Source: Myxococcota bacterium (GTDB taxonomy: Bacteria; Myxococcota_A; Polyangia; HGW-17). From it: a stretch of 64,000 nt of DNA. The stretch lies in assembly GCA_018817795.1 (NCBI GenBank), contig JAHITJ010000184.1, positions 8,423 through 72,422 on the forward strand, written 5' to 3'. A program made the translations under genes and the position numbers. The notes beneath the pieces are model-generated. The model was not told where the DNA came from and searched no databases. It worked only from the letters and a program-made list of their open reading frames with translations. Positions 63,218 to 64,000 of the stretch are shown piece after piece (within the stretch, counting starts at the first letter, position 1; each line of letters begins with the position of its first letter).

Positions 63218-63841
63218 ATGACCCAGAACGACCAGCTCAGAGCCGAGGAACTGACCCTGCTCACGCGGCTCCTGCACGGTGAATCGTCGGCCTTTTCGGA
63301 GTTCTACCGCCGTTATCAACGTCTGGTGGCCTCCTGTATCCGTAAAGTTTTCTTTAAATGGACATTCGACTTCACGGAAGACGAGATCGACGACATGATC
63401 AGCACCGTCTTCCTGAGCTTTTTGCAGGATGATTATAAAAAATTGCGCATGTTCGATCCGGGGCGGGGCTATCGCCTCAGCACATGGGTCGGTATCATCA
63501 CGACCAACGCCACGGTGGACCATATCCGGAAGAACGCGCGTCCGACGGTGTCCCTCGACGACACGGAGCGCAAGGTGGCGCAACCGCGCTCCATGATGGC
63601 GAGCCCTGTCGAGAACGCCGAGCGCGAGGAGGAGAGCCGCTTGCTGATGGCGGCCATCGCGACCTTGTCGCCGGGGGACCGCGAATTTCTCGAGCTGGCC
63701 TATGACGCCCAGTTGGCGCCCGAAGAGATCGGCGTGCGCCTGGGTCTCAATATCAACACGGTTTACAGCAAGAAGAACAAGATTCTTCACAAATTGATGG
63801 ACGCGGTCGCCGAATTGAGCACGGTACGCCTGAAACGGTAG
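63218..63841 (+). CDS. ECF-type RNA polymerase sigma-70 family factor
   Basis: Region 2 is FSEFYRRYQRLVASCIRK...STWVGIITTNATVDHIRK. Region 4 HTH is LSPGDREFLELAY..QLAPEEIGVRLGLNINTVYSKKNKILHKL. GGAGG RBS. Starts 27 nt after the propeller gene stop. Confidence 0.85.
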   Translation: MTQNDQLRAEELTLLTRLLHGESSAFSEFYRRYQRLVASCIRKVFFKWTFDFTEDEIDDMISTVFLSFLQDDYKKLRMFDPGRGYRLSTWVGIITTNATVDHIRKNARPTVSLDDTERKVAQPRSMMASPVENAEREEESRLLMAAIATLSPGDREFLELAYDAQLAPEEIGVRLGLNINTVYSKKNKILHKLMDAVAELSTVRLKR

Positions 63842-63926
63842 CGGTGCGTCCAGATTTTCGAAGCGGGTGCGTATACCGGGGTGTTCGCGGTTCGAACATC
63901 GGAAGAGATCGGAGAGGAGCAGGAAC

Positions 63927-64000
63927 ATGAGCGGGCAACATAGAGACTGGGAAGCCATTCTCCAGCGTGTATATTCGGCGCGGAAGGCGGCTGCGGACAA
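63927..64000 (+). CDS. 5' fragment of an ORF downstream of the ECF sigma gene (possible anti-sigma factor; truncated by the window edge)
   Basis: ATG at 63927 preceded by GGAGAGGAG, open to the window end (MSGQHRDWEAILQRVYSARKAAAD...). Only its position supports the functional guess. Confidence 0.3.
   Translation, partial: MSGQHRDWEAILQRVYSARKAAAD

Noticed and set aside
63889-63897. GGTTCGAAC, resembling a tRNA T-loop, in the spacer after the sigma gene
   Set aside because: The flanking bases cannot form a T-stem, and no acceptor or anticodon arms can be drawn. It is just a short palindrome (TTCGAA).
62138-64000. 620-aa minus-strand ORF covering the PQQ-like and ECF sigma genes
   Set aside because: It is antisense to two genes with clear family motifs, signal peptides and RBSs. 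Its translation is R/G/H/Q/D-rich low complexity with no motif. This is the typical stop-codon-poor shadow frame of GC-rich DNA.

Overview
GC-rich, very gene-dense chromosomal segment with about 48 protein-coding genes. I recognised no rRNA, tRNA, CRISPR array, transposase or integrase. All calls come from reading the ORF translations and DNA by eye, with no database search. Several secreted proteins carry Myxococcus-type cysteine-rich repeats (CGNG..E.CDDGN..DGDGCS..C) and MYXO-CTERM-like tails, so a Myxococcota/Bradymonadota-like host is likely (inference). Most of the window is housekeeping or cell-envelope content. On the + strand: a giant TPR solenoid protein truncated at the left edge, engB-rimI, fmt-rsmB-rpe, a PAS/outer-membrane barrel/tmk/mlaE cluster, a complete regulator+RND tripartite efflux operon, ftsE-ftsX-envC-like, a CRTAC1/ASPIC protein, a TetR+adaptor pair, and an ECF sigma cluster at the right edge. 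Nt 37991-17634 is one unbroken minus-strand run of 17 genes. I see no defence-, toxin- or phage-like system. The most unusual candidate is an 11-gene tightly spaced array (32340->17634). It joins two paralogous zinc-ribbon/tandem-FHA proteins, a TetR regulator, an unknown protein, a PEGA-like lipoprotein and an AI-2E permease to the PrkA-YeaH-SpoVR triad. That triad is in turn translationally coupled to an RlmD-like rRNA methyltransferase and a 961-aa secreted cysteine-rich beta-propeller protein. Smaller oddities are: a 46-bp duplication of a gene 3' end abutting the prkA promoter; a strict 30-bp tandem array encoding a Pro/Ala 'PF' decapeptide linker; a Tmk lacking the P-loop lysine inside an envelope operon with an orphan MlaE; an exported VanX-type dipeptidase; shared Asp/Cys-rich modules on unrelated secreted proteins; and several inverted-repeat-rich AT-rich intergenic regions. 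The many long antisense ORFs in the track are GC-driven shadows and were rejected.
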